16,261 nt of DNA from a virus (lineage: Duplodnaviria; Heunggongvirae; Uroviricota; Caudoviricetes): the IMG/VR virus record IMGVR_UViG_2547132421_000009. One strand, 5' to 3'. The notes under the pieces were generated by a model that worked only from the letters and a program-made list of their open reading frames with translations, was not told where the DNA came from and made no database searches. The stretch's first letter is position 1. Each line of letters begins with the position of its first letter. This document shows positions 7,379-15,186 of this stretch, piece after piece. Position numbers and translations under genes: made by a program.

Positions 7379-7445
7379 TCTTATTTGAGGAAATAACGTT
7401 GTTGACAGCTAATAGGCTCGTTGTTGTTATACATGCCTGTATAGA

Positions 7446-7802
7446 TTATGACCGTAAATTATTAGCGGATTTTAAGCCATATTCACCGTTGTAGAAATTA
7501 CTCATGTTCCATTCATTAGGAAGTTCTTTTCTGTCCAATGTATAGTGGCGCACGATATAACGATCTTCATCTTCTTCGATGGACAGGCGGACATAGCCAA
7601 TGTGAATCACCGATACGGGCGGTGTTCGTATTGCATAGATGTCGCGGAGATATACCGGCAGCTCGACAAATGCATCAGGTGCATCTGTGATGCTCGTTTT
7701 TTCACAGTATTCATATAACGCATCGTTGATATCGTTAAGAGATTCATGATCGTATATTTCCAGGTAATTACCGCGATCGCGATGGTACTCGATTTTAGCC
7801 AT
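7446..7802 (-). CDS. hypothetical protein (118 aa)
   Basis: Minus-strand ORF whose ATG (7802) directly abuts the stop of the upstream minus gene (7803-7805); no family recognised. Confidence 0.6.
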   Translation of the reverse strand: MAKIEYHRDRGNYLEIYDHESLNDINDALYEYCEKTSITDAPDAFVELPVYLRDIYAIRTPPVSVIHIGYVRLSIEEDEDRYIVRHYTLDRKELPNEWNMSNFYNGEYGLKSANNLRS

Positions 7803-8387
7803 TCAAAATCCCCTGTTATCGTTTTGCATTTCTCTAATCCGGTTCAGAACTACTTCGTGCTGGACTTGGATAGCGGCTTTTTCGTTTTCAAGCCGGGCAA
7901 TAGACATCTCTAATTCTTTGCTGTACCAGGCGAGCTGGGCCAGGTTCATCCGGTTGTGGTCGAGAGTTGGAGACACTTCGACGCGATCCCTTTCTTCCTG
8001 CTTTAATGAGAAGAGATTCATCTCATCCCTTGAGGAAAATTCAGCAACAATTTCTTGTTGATGATCCGGTCGCTGCGGCATCCTCGCCAGTATAAATGGC
8101 GGTTCTTTTGAAAACATGAATGTCGGTTCAGACCGTGTTTTTACCCAGCTTGCCTGCTGTCTTTCGGCAAGTTCACAGGCTTCATCATAGTTATCTGCCA
8201 AACAAAGCACGGATGGACGGTCCCACGCCCCACCATTCAGACAATAAACTACAATTTTCCCGTCAGGTTGTGTAACCCCATATGGATGGTCCCACTAGGC
8301 GTCCAGCTGAGCTTTAGAGCGTTTCTCGTTAGGAGTGCAGTCAAAATTTTTGGGCAATACAGGATCGAGAGGAATGCGATTAGGCAT
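7803..8387 (-). CDS. hypothetical protein with an in-frame TAG at 8297..8295 (194 codons if read through; 135 aa if started at GTG 8210 as in the ORF track)
   Basis: ATG at 8387..8385 with AAGGA Shine-Dalgarno 8 nt upstream. The 30 codons MPNRIPLDPVLPKNFDCTPNEKRSKAQLDA are followed by TAG in the same frame as WDHPYGVTQPDGKIVVYCLNGGAWDRPSVLCLADNYDE... and the track ORF. Lies divergent from humD, about 140 bp from the LexA box. Confidence 0.5.
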
Positions 8388-8525
8388 AGCTAATTCCTTA
8401 TTAACTGATTGGCAACGAGGTTACGCTGATCCCGCGGTGATGAATAGTAGCAAAGCGCACAAAAATCATCAGCGGTGGTTGATGTACATAACGCGTTTGC
8501 ACCAAAGGTGCTTCTTTAATGTATG

Positions 8526-8541
8526 CTGTATAGATAAACAG
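8526..8541. promoter_or_regulatory. LexA (SOS) box CTGTATAGATAAACAG
   Basis: Exact CTGT-N8-ACAG with an AT-rich spacer, 21 bp upstream of the humD start codon and between the divergent humD and 8387 genes. Confidence 0.75.
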
Positions 8542-8561
8542 TATTTTTGAGGTAAAACGCT

Positions 8562-8951
8562 ATGGGTTTCCCTTCTCCTGCGGCGGATTATGTTGAAAGC
8601 CGAATTTCTCTTGATCAGCAGATAATTAGACATCCATCAGCAACCTACTTCATGCGGGCAGCTGATAGCCATCACCGTGAGGGAATATTGCAGGGTGCTT
8701 TGCTGGTGGTTGATTCTTCGCTTACTCCAGTTGATGGTTCGCTGCTTGTGTGCGCTATGGAGGGTGAATATCGCATAAAGAGATACCGAAAGTATCCGCG
8801 CCAGCACCTGGAGGATTTAAGCACCGGGAAGAAAGAGGCGTTACCAGTGGATGACGATGGATGCACGGGGAGTAATGCTGTGTTTGGTGTGATCACTCAT
8901 GTCATTAATGATGCCCGAAGTGGGGAATTTGATGATTGTCCGGTGATTTAA
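8562..8951 (+). CDS. humD: UmuD'-like SOS mutagenesis protein HumD (129 aa)
   Basis: UmuD/LexA C-terminal-like sequence (…LLVVDSSLTPVDGSLLVCAMEGEYRIKRY…); preceded by a LexA box; synteny humD-phd-doc as in phage P1. Confidence 0.85.
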   Translation: MGFPSPAADYVESRISLDQQIIRHPSATYFMRAADSHHREGILQGALLVVDSSLTPVDGSLLVCAMEGEYRIKRYRKYPRQHLEDLSTGKKEALPVDDDGCTGSNAVFGVITHVINDARSGEFDDCPVI

Positions 8952-9023
8952 GCTGCAAAGTGCTGGTGCTTTATGCCTGTGAAGTTTATAATTGTGTACA
9001 CATAACGAGTACACGAGGTGTTT

Positions 9024-9245
9024 ATGCAATCCATTAACTTCCGTACCGCGCGCGGCAACCTTTCTGAAGTGCTCAACAATGTTGAAGCCGGGGAAGAGGT
9101 TGAAATCACCCGCAGAGGCCGTGAGCCAGCAGTAATTGTCAGCAAGGCTACTTTCGAAGCCTACAAAAAAGCGGCGCTGGATGCTGAATTTGCATCCCTG
9201 TTTGACACCCTGGACTCCACCAACAAGGAACTGGTTAACCGATAA
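9024..9245 (+). CDS. phd: Phd antitoxin (73 aa)
   Basis: Translation [73 protein letters not shown] matches P1 Phd as I recall it; GAGG Shine-Dalgarno; TAATG overlap with doc. Confidence 0.95.
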   Translation: MQSINFRTARGNLSEVLNNVEAGEEVEITRRGREPAVIVSKATFEAYKKAALDAEFASLFDTLDSTNKELVNR

Positions 9246-9625
9246 TGAGGCATATATCACCGGAAGAACTTATTGCGCTTCATGATGCGAATATAAACCG
9301 CTACGGCGGCCTGCCGGGAATGTCAGATCCGGGTAGGGCAGAGGCCATTATCGGGAGAGTTCAGGCCAGAGTTGCCTACGAAGAGATCACCGACCTTTTC
9401 GAAGTCTCCGCCACCTACCTGGTGGCTACAGCGAGAGGGCATATATTCAATGATGCCAATAAGCGTACCGCGCTAAACAGTGCGCTGCTATTTCTACGCC
9501 GTAACGGGGTGCAGGTATTTGATTCACCTGAACTGGCAGACCTTACTGTAGGCGCTGCGACTGGCGAGATATCTGTATCTTCTGTCGCCGCCACGTTACG
9601 TAGATTGTATGGTTCTGCGGAGTAG
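9245..9625 (+). CDS. doc: Doc toxin (Fic-fold kinase, 126 aa)
   Basis: Translation [39 protein letters not shown]...[23 protein letters not shown]... matches P1 Doc, including the HxFxDANKR motif; translationally coupled to phd. Confidence 0.95.
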   Translation: MRHISPEELIALHDANINRYGGLPGMSDPGRAEAIIGRVQARVAYEEITDLFEVSATYLVATARGHIFNDANKRTALNSALLFLRRNGVQVFDSPELADLTVGAATGEISVSSVAATLRRLYGSAE

Positions 9626-9629
9626 ATTA

Positions 9630-9809
9630 ATGGCACGCAAATACAACAAATTGTCCCGTGAAGCGTTAAAGATGCTTCTTGATGGCGTGAGTCGCCGCAA
9701 GATAAAGCAATACCTGGTTAGTAAGCAAATTGGTGCCAGGACCGCTATTGCTGTGTTATGCCGTCAGGAAATGGTTGTGCTTAAACAGATAATGTCGGGC
9801 AGCAGATAA
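9630..9809 (+). CDS. hypothetical small basic protein (59 aa from ATG 9630)
   Basis: ORF immediately downstream of doc (MARKYNKLSREALKMLLDGVSRRKIKQYLVSKQIG...); occupies the position I recall for pdcA in P1. Identity not verified. Confidence 0.4.
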   Translation: MARKYNKLSREALKMLLDGVSRRKIKQYLVSKQIGARTAIAVLCRQEMVVLKQIMSGSR

Positions 9810-9836
9810 AGCCCAATCAGTGATTAAAGGTGTGAT

Positions 9837-10883
9837 GTGAAAGCCGTAATTACTCCCTTTGTACAGAAAGAGCTTGGCCTCGCCACGTTCAAAGTGGATC
9901 AGGAGGTCAGAAAGCTGGTGGAGGCTGGCCGTAAATTTATTATGGAGCCGGTGCCGCGTGAGTTAATCGAGCACATGGAAGACGGCCTCGTTGTTACCGA
10001 GCAAACCATGGCAACAAATGAGGCGTTGCAGCCGTTTTTTAACAGCGATGAACTGTTTCGCCGTATTGGTGGAATTGACGCGCTGGTGGCGTGGTTGCGT
10101 AGGAAAGAGGGTCAATGCCAGGCCGCAGATCGTAGTTGGTGTGACAACCATATTGTCCACGCTGAACGAGACAATAGCGCGGTGTTGTTGTGCTGGCATC
10201 ACGATAACCATTACCGGATGCGTGGTTTTAATGAGCTGAAAGAAACGCTGCACAATAATCGCGTTAACTGGATACTGGATGTCGCCCGTCAGGAAATGGG
10301 CCTTTCAAATAGCCATGATTTAAGTATTCAGGGGCTGTGCTGGTGGGCTTTCATGCGCAACATGATGCACCTGATGCCGGAAGAAGTCTGCCGCATATCA
10401 ATAATAAATAAGATGAAGGCTACTCCGCAGGATAGTGGACCACTGAAAGAGGCGGATATTCGCCCGTATGACGATCGCGCTACAGCATATGTTCAGATGA
10501 TGGAAGAACGCGCCGCGCCGATGCGTGCAAAAGTATGCCCTGTGGATGTTGACTCCGACCCAGGTATGGCGCATTTCAAAATACCAAAACTGCAATCGCT
10601 AAAATTACCTGAGTACATGGACTTTGTTGCTTCCCGTCCATGCTGTGGGTGTGGAGCGGCGGGAGCTGGCGCTCACATTACGCCTTATATCGTTCGTTAT
10701 AGTCGATTATGCGCGCATGACATTTATGCTATTCCTCTGTGCCAGTCATGCCAGCGTGATATTGAGCGTGACCGCGATAATTGGGAGAAGACGCACGGTA
10801 GGCTGGCGATGCATCAACGATTGTTCTTTGATTACGCGCTTGGAGTCGGCGCTATCACAAGTCATTCGTCGAGCGTTAGATAA
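9837..10883 (+). CDS. hypothetical Cys/His-rich protein (348 aa), GTG start
   Basis: AAAGG Shine-Dalgarno 6 nt before GTG. Cys/His clusters [12 protein letters not shown] and CCGCG...H...C.H......CQSCQ suggest a zinc-binding or HNH-like module. Confidence 0.6.
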   Translation: MKAVITPFVQKELGLATFKVDQEVRKLVEAGRKFIMEPVPRELIEHMEDGLVVTEQTMATNEALQPFFNSDELFRRIGGIDALVAWLRRKEGQCQAADRSWCDNHIVHAERDNSAVLLCWHHDNHYRMRGFNELKETLHNNRVNWILDVARQEMGLSNSHDLSIQGLCWWAFMRNMMHLMPEEVCRISIINKMKATPQDSGPLKEADIRPYDDRATAYVQMMEERAAPMRAKVCPVDVDSDPGMAHFKIPKLQSLKLPEYMDFVASRPCCGCGAAGAGAHITPYIVRYSRLCAHDIYAIPLCQSCQRDIERDRDNWEKTHGRLAMHQRLFFDYALGVGAITSHSSSVR

Positions 10884-10884
10884 A

Positions 10885-10914
10885 ATTGCTCTAATGTATT
10901 GCTATTTCTTTAAT
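10885..10914 (+). promoter_or_regulatory. C1 operator-like 17-mer ATTGCTCTAATGTATTG with downstream TTTAAT at -10 spacing
   Basis: 14/17 match to the C1 operator consensus with the ATTGCTCTAAT core intact; TTGCTC -17 bp- TTTAAT; directly upstream of the antirepressor-like gene. Confidence 0.5.
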
Positions 10915-10971
10915 CGAGGGTATTATATTCGACGTTGATTAGTTGACATGGGCTAATCAGTAGGTGACAGG

Positions 10972-12117
10972 ATGTTACTTAACTGGCAGGGACGCCACTT
11001 CATGGAAATAAATCACTCACGAATAACATCGTACGAGATTGCGGATTACATGATCCGCACTAAATCTCTTCTATCAGCGAAAGAACTCGCAGCAATTCTT
11101 GAAAAGGAATACCCGCATCTGGATGTCGATAAGCGCGATGTTTATCTGCGCTTAAAGGCTATCGCTGTGACCGATATCCGTGAATACCTGCTCGAACAGG
11201 GTCATCTGAATTACGCAACCGTCGCAGCCGAAGCACGCAAGGAGGCACACAGAATGAAAGCAACTAACGTTAAATCAGAAAAAATTCATGCAACTTCAGT
11301 TCAGGAATCAGAGCTGGTGGTTGTTCAGAATCAGTCTGATGAAATTCCCGTTCTGGAATGGCTGGGAGTGCGTGTAGTAACGACCGAAACTCTTGCTAAG
11401 GGGTATGGAACCGATGAAGCTAATATTCGTAAAAATTTGTCTCGCAACTCCGATCGCTTTGAAGAAGGTAAGCATTACTATCTCTTAACTGGTTCAAAAT
11501 TAAAGGAATTTAAAAGGCTGGTGACTACTAGTCACCTGGTTAGCAAATATACAAGCCAGGTAATTCTTTGGGCCGAACGCGGAGCGGCACGCATGTCTAA
11601 GATCGTAAACACAGATGAAGCATGGGCATTCTTTGAAAAACTGGAAGACAGCTACTTCCGGCAAAAAGAACAGCAACCGGTCGCAATCCCCCAAACACTA
11701 CCTGAAGCCTTGCGCCTGGCTGCCGAGCTGGCTGAACAAAAGCAGCTACTGGAACAGAAGGCCCACCAGCTAAATCAACAACTGGTGGCCGCAGCCCCCA
11801 AGGTCGATTTTGCCGACCGTGTATCAGTGGCTAAGGGGATCCTGATTGGTAATTTTGCAAAGGTTGTTGGGCTGAAGCAAAACGCGCTGTTTGCCTGGTT
11901 ACGGGAGAACGGCATTCTGATAGCGTCCGGCGGGCGTAAAAATGTGCCGTTCCAGCAGTACATAAACGCCGGATATTTCACAGTGAAAGAAGTGGTGCTG
12001 GATGATGAAGATGGCTACCAGATACGGCTGACGCCCCAATTAACGGGGAAAGGACAACAGTGGTTGACGCGTAAACTGCTCGATGCTGGCTTGTTAAAAC
12101 CGGTGGCGGCTGAATAA
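10972..12117 (+). CDS. antirepressor-like protein with ORF6N and KilA-C (ANT) domains (381 aa; start could instead be the ATG at 11002)
   Basis: Central region VRVVTTETLAKGYGTDEANIRKNLSRNSDRFEEGKHYYLLTG...LWAERGAARMSKIVNTDEAWAFFEKLEDSYF fits ORF6N; C-terminal region ...NFAKVVGLKQNALFAWLRENGILIASGGRKNVPFQQYINAGYFTVKEV fits KilA-C. Confidence 0.7.
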   Translation: MLLNWQGRHFMEINHSRITSYEIADYMIRTKSLLSAKELAAILEKEYPHLDVDKRDVYLRLKAIAVTDIREYLLEQGHLNYATVAAEARKEAHRMKATNVKSEKIHATSVQESELVVVQNQSDEIPVLEWLGVRVVTTETLAKGYGTDEANIRKNLSRNSDRFEEGKHYYLLTGSKLKEFKRLVTTSHLVSKYTSQVILWAERGAARMSKIVNTDEAWAFFEKLEDSYFRQKEQQPVAIPQTLPEALRLAAELAEQKQLLEQKAHQLNQQLVAAAPKVDFADRVSVAKGILIGNFAKVVGLKQNALFAWLRENGILIASGGRKNVPFQQYINAGYFTVKEVVLDDEDGYQIRLTPQLTGKGQQWLTRKLLDAGLLKPVAAE

Positions 12118-12124
12118 TGGAAGA

Positions 12125-12146
12125 ATGCCCGGTTGATGCCGGGCAT
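12125..12146. terminator. bidirectional terminator hairpin ATGCCCGG-ttgatg-CCGGGCAT between the convergent antirepressor-like gene and c1
   Basis: 8-bp perfect stem, 8 nt after the 12117 stop and 3 nt after the c1 stop (12150-12152); U-rich sequence follows on both strands. Confidence 0.55.
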
Positions 12147-12149
12147 AAT

Positions 12150-13001
12150 TTATTGCGCGCTTTCGGGGTTGTCGTTTACTGGCTGCCCCTTCTTAGTTTT
12201 ACGACTGCGCGTAACTGATGCGGCTGATTTGACCTTTTTCTCTTCGCGAGTGATGGCAATTTGTTTTTTTACATTTTCAATATCTGCCAGGCGATATATT
12301 TTTGCCTGCGGCCAGCGGTCGCAGATGATCGGTTCTATGGAGTCATAAAGGCTAAATTTTGCTTTCTCGAATTCACCGTTGATGATGATTCCATCACGGA
12401 GGGTTTCATCGCAGATAAACACGCCACACAGTGGCACATGGTAACTAACTGATTTACCATCATTGTAGTTAGGGCTACTGGAAATGTAGTGGACGCGCAG
12501 CATTGTTTCGCTAAAGCCGTGTACGCGCATACGGAATTTTTCATCCTCCGGGTACTGCTTCATTAGCTCTTTTGTTGCTTCCAGGTTCTCTATGTATTTC
12601 GCACTGTGCTCATTGAACCCCGCGCTTTTTTGGATGCGAATATCCTTATCAATCAGATGAATAATGCGGCCAGCGGTCATGTTGACGCTGTTCACAGCTT
12701 CTGTCTGATAAGTTGTAACCTTACGTACACCGCGAAGGATGTTAGGCACTGGATATAAAATAGTCTTTGGGATATTGAGGTCTGGGTACTGTTCCAGTTC
12801 CCGCGCCATTAAAGTCCATTTATCAATTTCAGCCTGAATGCTGTCCGTTTCTTTGAACGGCAGAACGACAACCGGGCGAACAGGACGACCGTCGCTGGCG
12901 GCATCAACGTGTTGGGCGCGTGCAACAGCTTTTTTTAGAAAGAGATCCCTGAAGCTGACGAACTCCTGGTACAGTTGTTCGCCGTAGACATAATTTATCA
13001 T
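12150..13001 (-). CDS. c1: C1 repressor of lysogeny (283 aa)
   Basis: 283-aa ORF (MINYVYGEQLYQEFVSFRDLFLKKAVARAQ...) matching P1 C1 in length and sequence as recalled; GGAGG Shine-Dalgarno; adjacent to coi and to the C1 operators near loxP. Confidence 0.9.
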   Translation of the reverse strand: MINYVYGEQLYQEFVSFRDLFLKKAVARAQHVDAASDGRPVRPVVVLPFKETDSIQAEIDKWTLMARELEQYPDLNIPKTILYPVPNILRGVRKVTTYQTEAVNSVNMTAGRIIHLIDKDIRIQKSAGFNEHSAKYIENLEATKELMKQYPEDEKFRMRVHGFSETMLRVHYISSSPNYNDGKSVSYHVPLCGVFICDETLRDGIIINGEFEKAKFSLYDSIEPIICDRWPQAKIYRLADIENVKKQIAITREEKKVKSAASVTRSRKTKKGQPVNDNPESAQ

Positions 13002-13111
13002 TGATCCTCCTCCAGAATTGACATGGTCAATAACGCCCGGCTGAGAAAACCGGTCATTACTGACCTATATTATAGAGGGATCAAACAAAAATAATAGATT
13101 TATTAGTGCAT

Positions 13112-13321
13112 TTATTGTGAGGCTAACTGGTTAGTTGCCATGAGATATTCGATTGTGTCAGTGAGGTCATCCAGGTCGTCTTGGGTGATGCGGTAGTCCT
13201 GATTGGATATCTTTGAGTAGTGTTCAGCAATGGTGCGGGCAGCGTCGGTTTCGGCAGGGTCTACAGATAAAGCGTTAGAGCAATGTCTAACGTCGTCGAT
13301 GGTTGGTTGAATGAAAGCCAT
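13112..13321 (-). CDS. coi: Coi, C1 inactivator (69 aa)
   Basis: 69-aa ORF (MAFIQPTIDDVRHCSNALSVDPAETDAARTIAEHYSKISNQDYRITQDDLDDLTDTIEYLMATNQLASQ) immediately upstream of c1 on the same strand, GAGG Shine-Dalgarno; matches P1 Coi in size and position. Confidence 0.85.
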   Translation of the reverse strand: MAFIQPTIDDVRHCSNALSVDPAETDAARTIAEHYSKISNQDYRITQDDLDDLTDTIEYLMATNQLASQ

Positions 13322-13553
13322 AATTATGCCTCACTGTATTGACAACACAGAGCCTGAAGCTCTGACCTACTGTTTCACCCATGATCCATGCTGGGGTAAT
13401 CTAACAACATTGCGCTGTGTGTAAGATGAGCAATGCATAGCTGTAATGCCGTTGTATAAGGTTTCCCTGTTTGCTCATTTCCTTCTGAGCCGCTCTACAA
13501 CGCTGAAGACACATTAAATAGTGAATCCAAAGTCGTATTACGTAACGGCGGCA

Positions 13554-13582
13554 AAACTATAATTTATTAGAGCAATTGTCAA
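13554..13582 (-). promoter_or_regulatory. C1 operator (ATTGCTCTAATAAATTA, minus strand 13576..13560) filling the spacer of a TTGACA / TATAGT promoter that reads leftward toward coi and c1
   Basis: 16/17 match to the operator consensus; TTGACA at 13582..13577 immediately followed by the operator; TATAGT or ATAGTT at -10 position (spacer 15-16 bp). This is the classic P1 repressor-controlled promoter layout. Confidence 0.65.
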
Positions 13583-13642
13583 ACAACTATGAAAAACAAT
13601 CCAGTTTTTAGCTGGTGGAGTGGGATTTTTCTCTCAAAATTT

Positions 13643-13659
13643 ATTGCTCTAATAATTCT
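13643..13659 (+). promoter_or_regulatory. C1 operator-like 17-mer ATTGCTCTAATAATTCT
   Basis: 15/17 match to the consensus; lies between the leftward promoter and loxP, in opposite orientation to the 13560-13576 operator. Confidence 0.6.
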
Positions 13660-13702
13660 TGATTTTTGTGCGCAGCTGGACGTAAACTCCTCTTCGGACC
13701 TG

Positions 13703-13736
13703 ATAACTTCGTATAGCATACATTATACGAAGTTAT
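13703..13736. other. loxP site-specific recombination site (34 bp)
   Basis: Exact ATAACTTCGTATA-GCATACAT-TATACGAAGTTAT: two 13-bp inverted repeats around the 8-bp asymmetric spacer, 437 bp upstream of cre as in P1. Confidence 0.97.
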
Positions 13737-13755
13737 CTTAAGGGTTATTGAACAT

Positions 13756-13828
13756 GATCAATTTACCTGTAAATCCATACAGTTCAATACCTTATCAGGT
13801 CAAATAGTGATCACTTGATCATTTGATC
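13756..13828. promoter_or_regulatory. cluster of four Dam methylation sites (TGATCA hexamers) in the loxP-cre interval
   Basis: GATC at 13756, 13809, 13817 and 13825; the last three are spaced 8 bp apart. P1 cre expression is reported to be influenced by Dam methylation of its promoter region. Confidence 0.6.
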
Positions 13829-13925
13829 AAGGTTGCGCTACGTAAAATCTGCGAAATGTTGGCAGTGTTAGTGCTCCAGATTTCGCGTAGCGCACTTAGC
13901 ACCACCAATCAATCAGAGGTGAAAA

Positions 13926-14147
13926 ATGGGATATTCAGCTGCTAAAGTGTCCACTCATCTTGAGCTTGAGAAAAACCGTGGTTACTGGCGGGCAAAAGGG
14001 TTTGATCGTGATAGTTGTCAACTGTCATTATCGCGCGGTGAAGAGAAAATAGAACGCACGCGCGGTCGCTGGCGTTTCTATGACGAGAACCATAAACAGG
14101 TAAAGGCAGAGCCGATCCTGTACACTTTACTTAAAACCATTATCTGA
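13926..14147 (+). CDS. hypothetical small protein (73 aa) directly upstream of cre
   Basis: GAGGTG Shine-Dalgarno 5 nt before the ATG; stop 8 bp before the cre ATG. No family recognised. Confidence 0.35.
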   Translation: MGYSAAKVSTHLELEKNRGYWRAKGFDRDSCQLSLSRGEEKIERTRGRWRFYDENHKQVKAEPILYTLLKTII

Positions 14148-14154
14148 GTGTTAA

Positions 14155-15186
14155 ATGTCCAATTTACTGACCGTACACCAAAATTTGCCTGCATTACCGG
14201 TCGATGCAACGAGTGATGAGGTTCGCAAGAACCTGATGGACATGTTCAGGGATCGCCAGGCGTTTTCTGAGCATACCTGGAAAATGCTTCTGTCCGTTTG
14301 CCGGTCGTGGGCGGCATGGTGCAAGTTGAATAACCGGAAATGGTTTCCCGCAGAACCTGAAGATGTTCGCGATTATCTTCTATATCTTCAGGCGCGCGGT
14401 CTGGCAGTGAAAACTATCCAGCAACATTTGGGCCAGCTAAATATGCTTCATCGTCGGTCCGGGCTGCCACGACCAAGTGACAGCAATGCTGTTTCACTGG
14501 TCATGCGACGGATCCGAAAAGAAAACGTTGATGCCGGTGAGCGTGCAAAACAGGCGCTGGCGTTCGAACGCACTGATTTCGACCAGGTTCGTTCACTCAT
14601 GGAAAATAGCGATCGCTGCCAGGATATACGTAATCTGGCATTTCTGGGGATTGCTTATAACACCCTGTTACGTATAGCCGAAATTTCTAGGATCAGAGTT
14701 AAAGATATCTCACGTACTGACGGTGGGAGAATGTTAATCCATATTGGCAGAACGAAAACGCTGGTTAGCACCGCTGGTGTAGAGAAGGCACTTAGTCTGG
14801 GGGTAACTAAACTGGTTGAGCGATGGATTTCTGTCTCTGGTGTGGCTGATGATCCGAATAACTACTTGTTTTGCCGTGTCAGAAAAAATGGTGTTGCCGC
14901 GCCATCTGCCACCAGCCAGCTATCAACTCGCGCCCTGGAAGGGATTTTTGAAGCAACTCACCGATTGATTTACGGGGCTAAGGATGACTCTGGCCAGAGG
15001 TACCTGGCCTGGTCTGGACACAGTGCCCGTGTCGGAGCCGCGCGAGATATGGCCCGTGCCGGAGTTTCAATACCGGAGATCATGCAAGCTGGTGGCTGGA
15101 CCAACGTAAATATTGTCATGAACTATATCCGTAACCTGGATAGTGAAACAGGGGCAATGGTGCGCCTGCTGGAAGATGGCGATTAG
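14155..15186 (+). CDS. cre: Cre tyrosine site-specific recombinase (343 aa)
   Basis: Full-length match to P1 Cre as recalled (MSNLLTVHQNLPALPVDATSDEVRKNLMDMFRDRQAFSEHTWKMLLSVCRSWAAWCKLNNRKWFPAEPEDVRDYLLYLQARGLAVKTIQQHLGQLNMLHRRSGLPRPSDSNAVSLVMRRIRKEN...MVRLLEDGD); adjacent loxP. Confidence 0.97.
   Translation: MSNLLTVHQNLPALPVDATSDEVRKNLMDMFRDRQAFSEHTWKMLLSVCRSWAAWCKLNNRKWFPAEPEDVRDYLLYLQARGLAVKTIQQHLGQLNMLHRRSGLPRPSDSNAVSLVMRRIRKENVDAGERAKQALAFERTDFDQVRSLMENSDRCQDIRNLAFLGIAYNTLLRIAEISRIRVKDISRTDGGRMLIHIGRTKTLVSTAGVEKALSLGVTKLVERWISVSGVADDPNNYLFCRVRKNGVAAPSATSQLSTRALEGIFEATHRLIYGAKDDSGQRYLAWSGHSARVGAARDMARAGVSIPEIMQAGGWTNVNIVMNYIRNLDSETGAMVRLLEDGD

Noticed and set aside
7438-7453. CTGTATAGATTATGAC, resembling the left half of the humD LexA box
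   Set aside because: Lacks the ACAG right half-site, so it is not a LexA box; probably a coincidental similarity.
8335-9260. ORFs 8335-8550 (+), 8672-8896 (-), 8841-9260 (-), 8948-9145 (-)
   Set aside because: They overlap the humD promoter/LexA box or run antisense to humD and phd; none has a ribosome-binding site.
9963-10938. ORFs 9963-10253 (-), 9991-10239 (+), 10398-10595 (-), 10624-10938 (+)
   Set aside because: Internal to or overlapping the 348-aa gene in other frames; no independent support.
12133-12544. Plus- and minus-strand short ORFs inside the c1 region (12133-12348, 12261-12452, 12335-12544)
   Set aside because: Antisense or alternative frames of the strongly supported c1 gene.
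13097-13111. Degenerate operator-like sequence (reverse complement ATGCACTAATAAATC) in the coi-c1 intergenic region
   Set aside because: Needs a gap plus mismatches in the conserved core to align with ATTGCTCTAATAAATTT; too weak to call without a weight-matrix score.
13593-13745. Plus-strand 50-codon ORF (MKNNPVFSWW...) that reads through the operator at 13643 and through loxP
   Set aside because: No ribosome-binding site and it spans two established cis-acting sites; considered non-coding.
13755-13829. Four TGATCA hexamers, which resemble the hexamer repeats of the P1 pac packaging site
   Set aside because: P1 pac is described as seven hexamers inside pacA; here there are only four, located in the loxP-cre interval where Dam-regulated cre promoters are expected. 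Treated as Dam regulatory sites, not pac.
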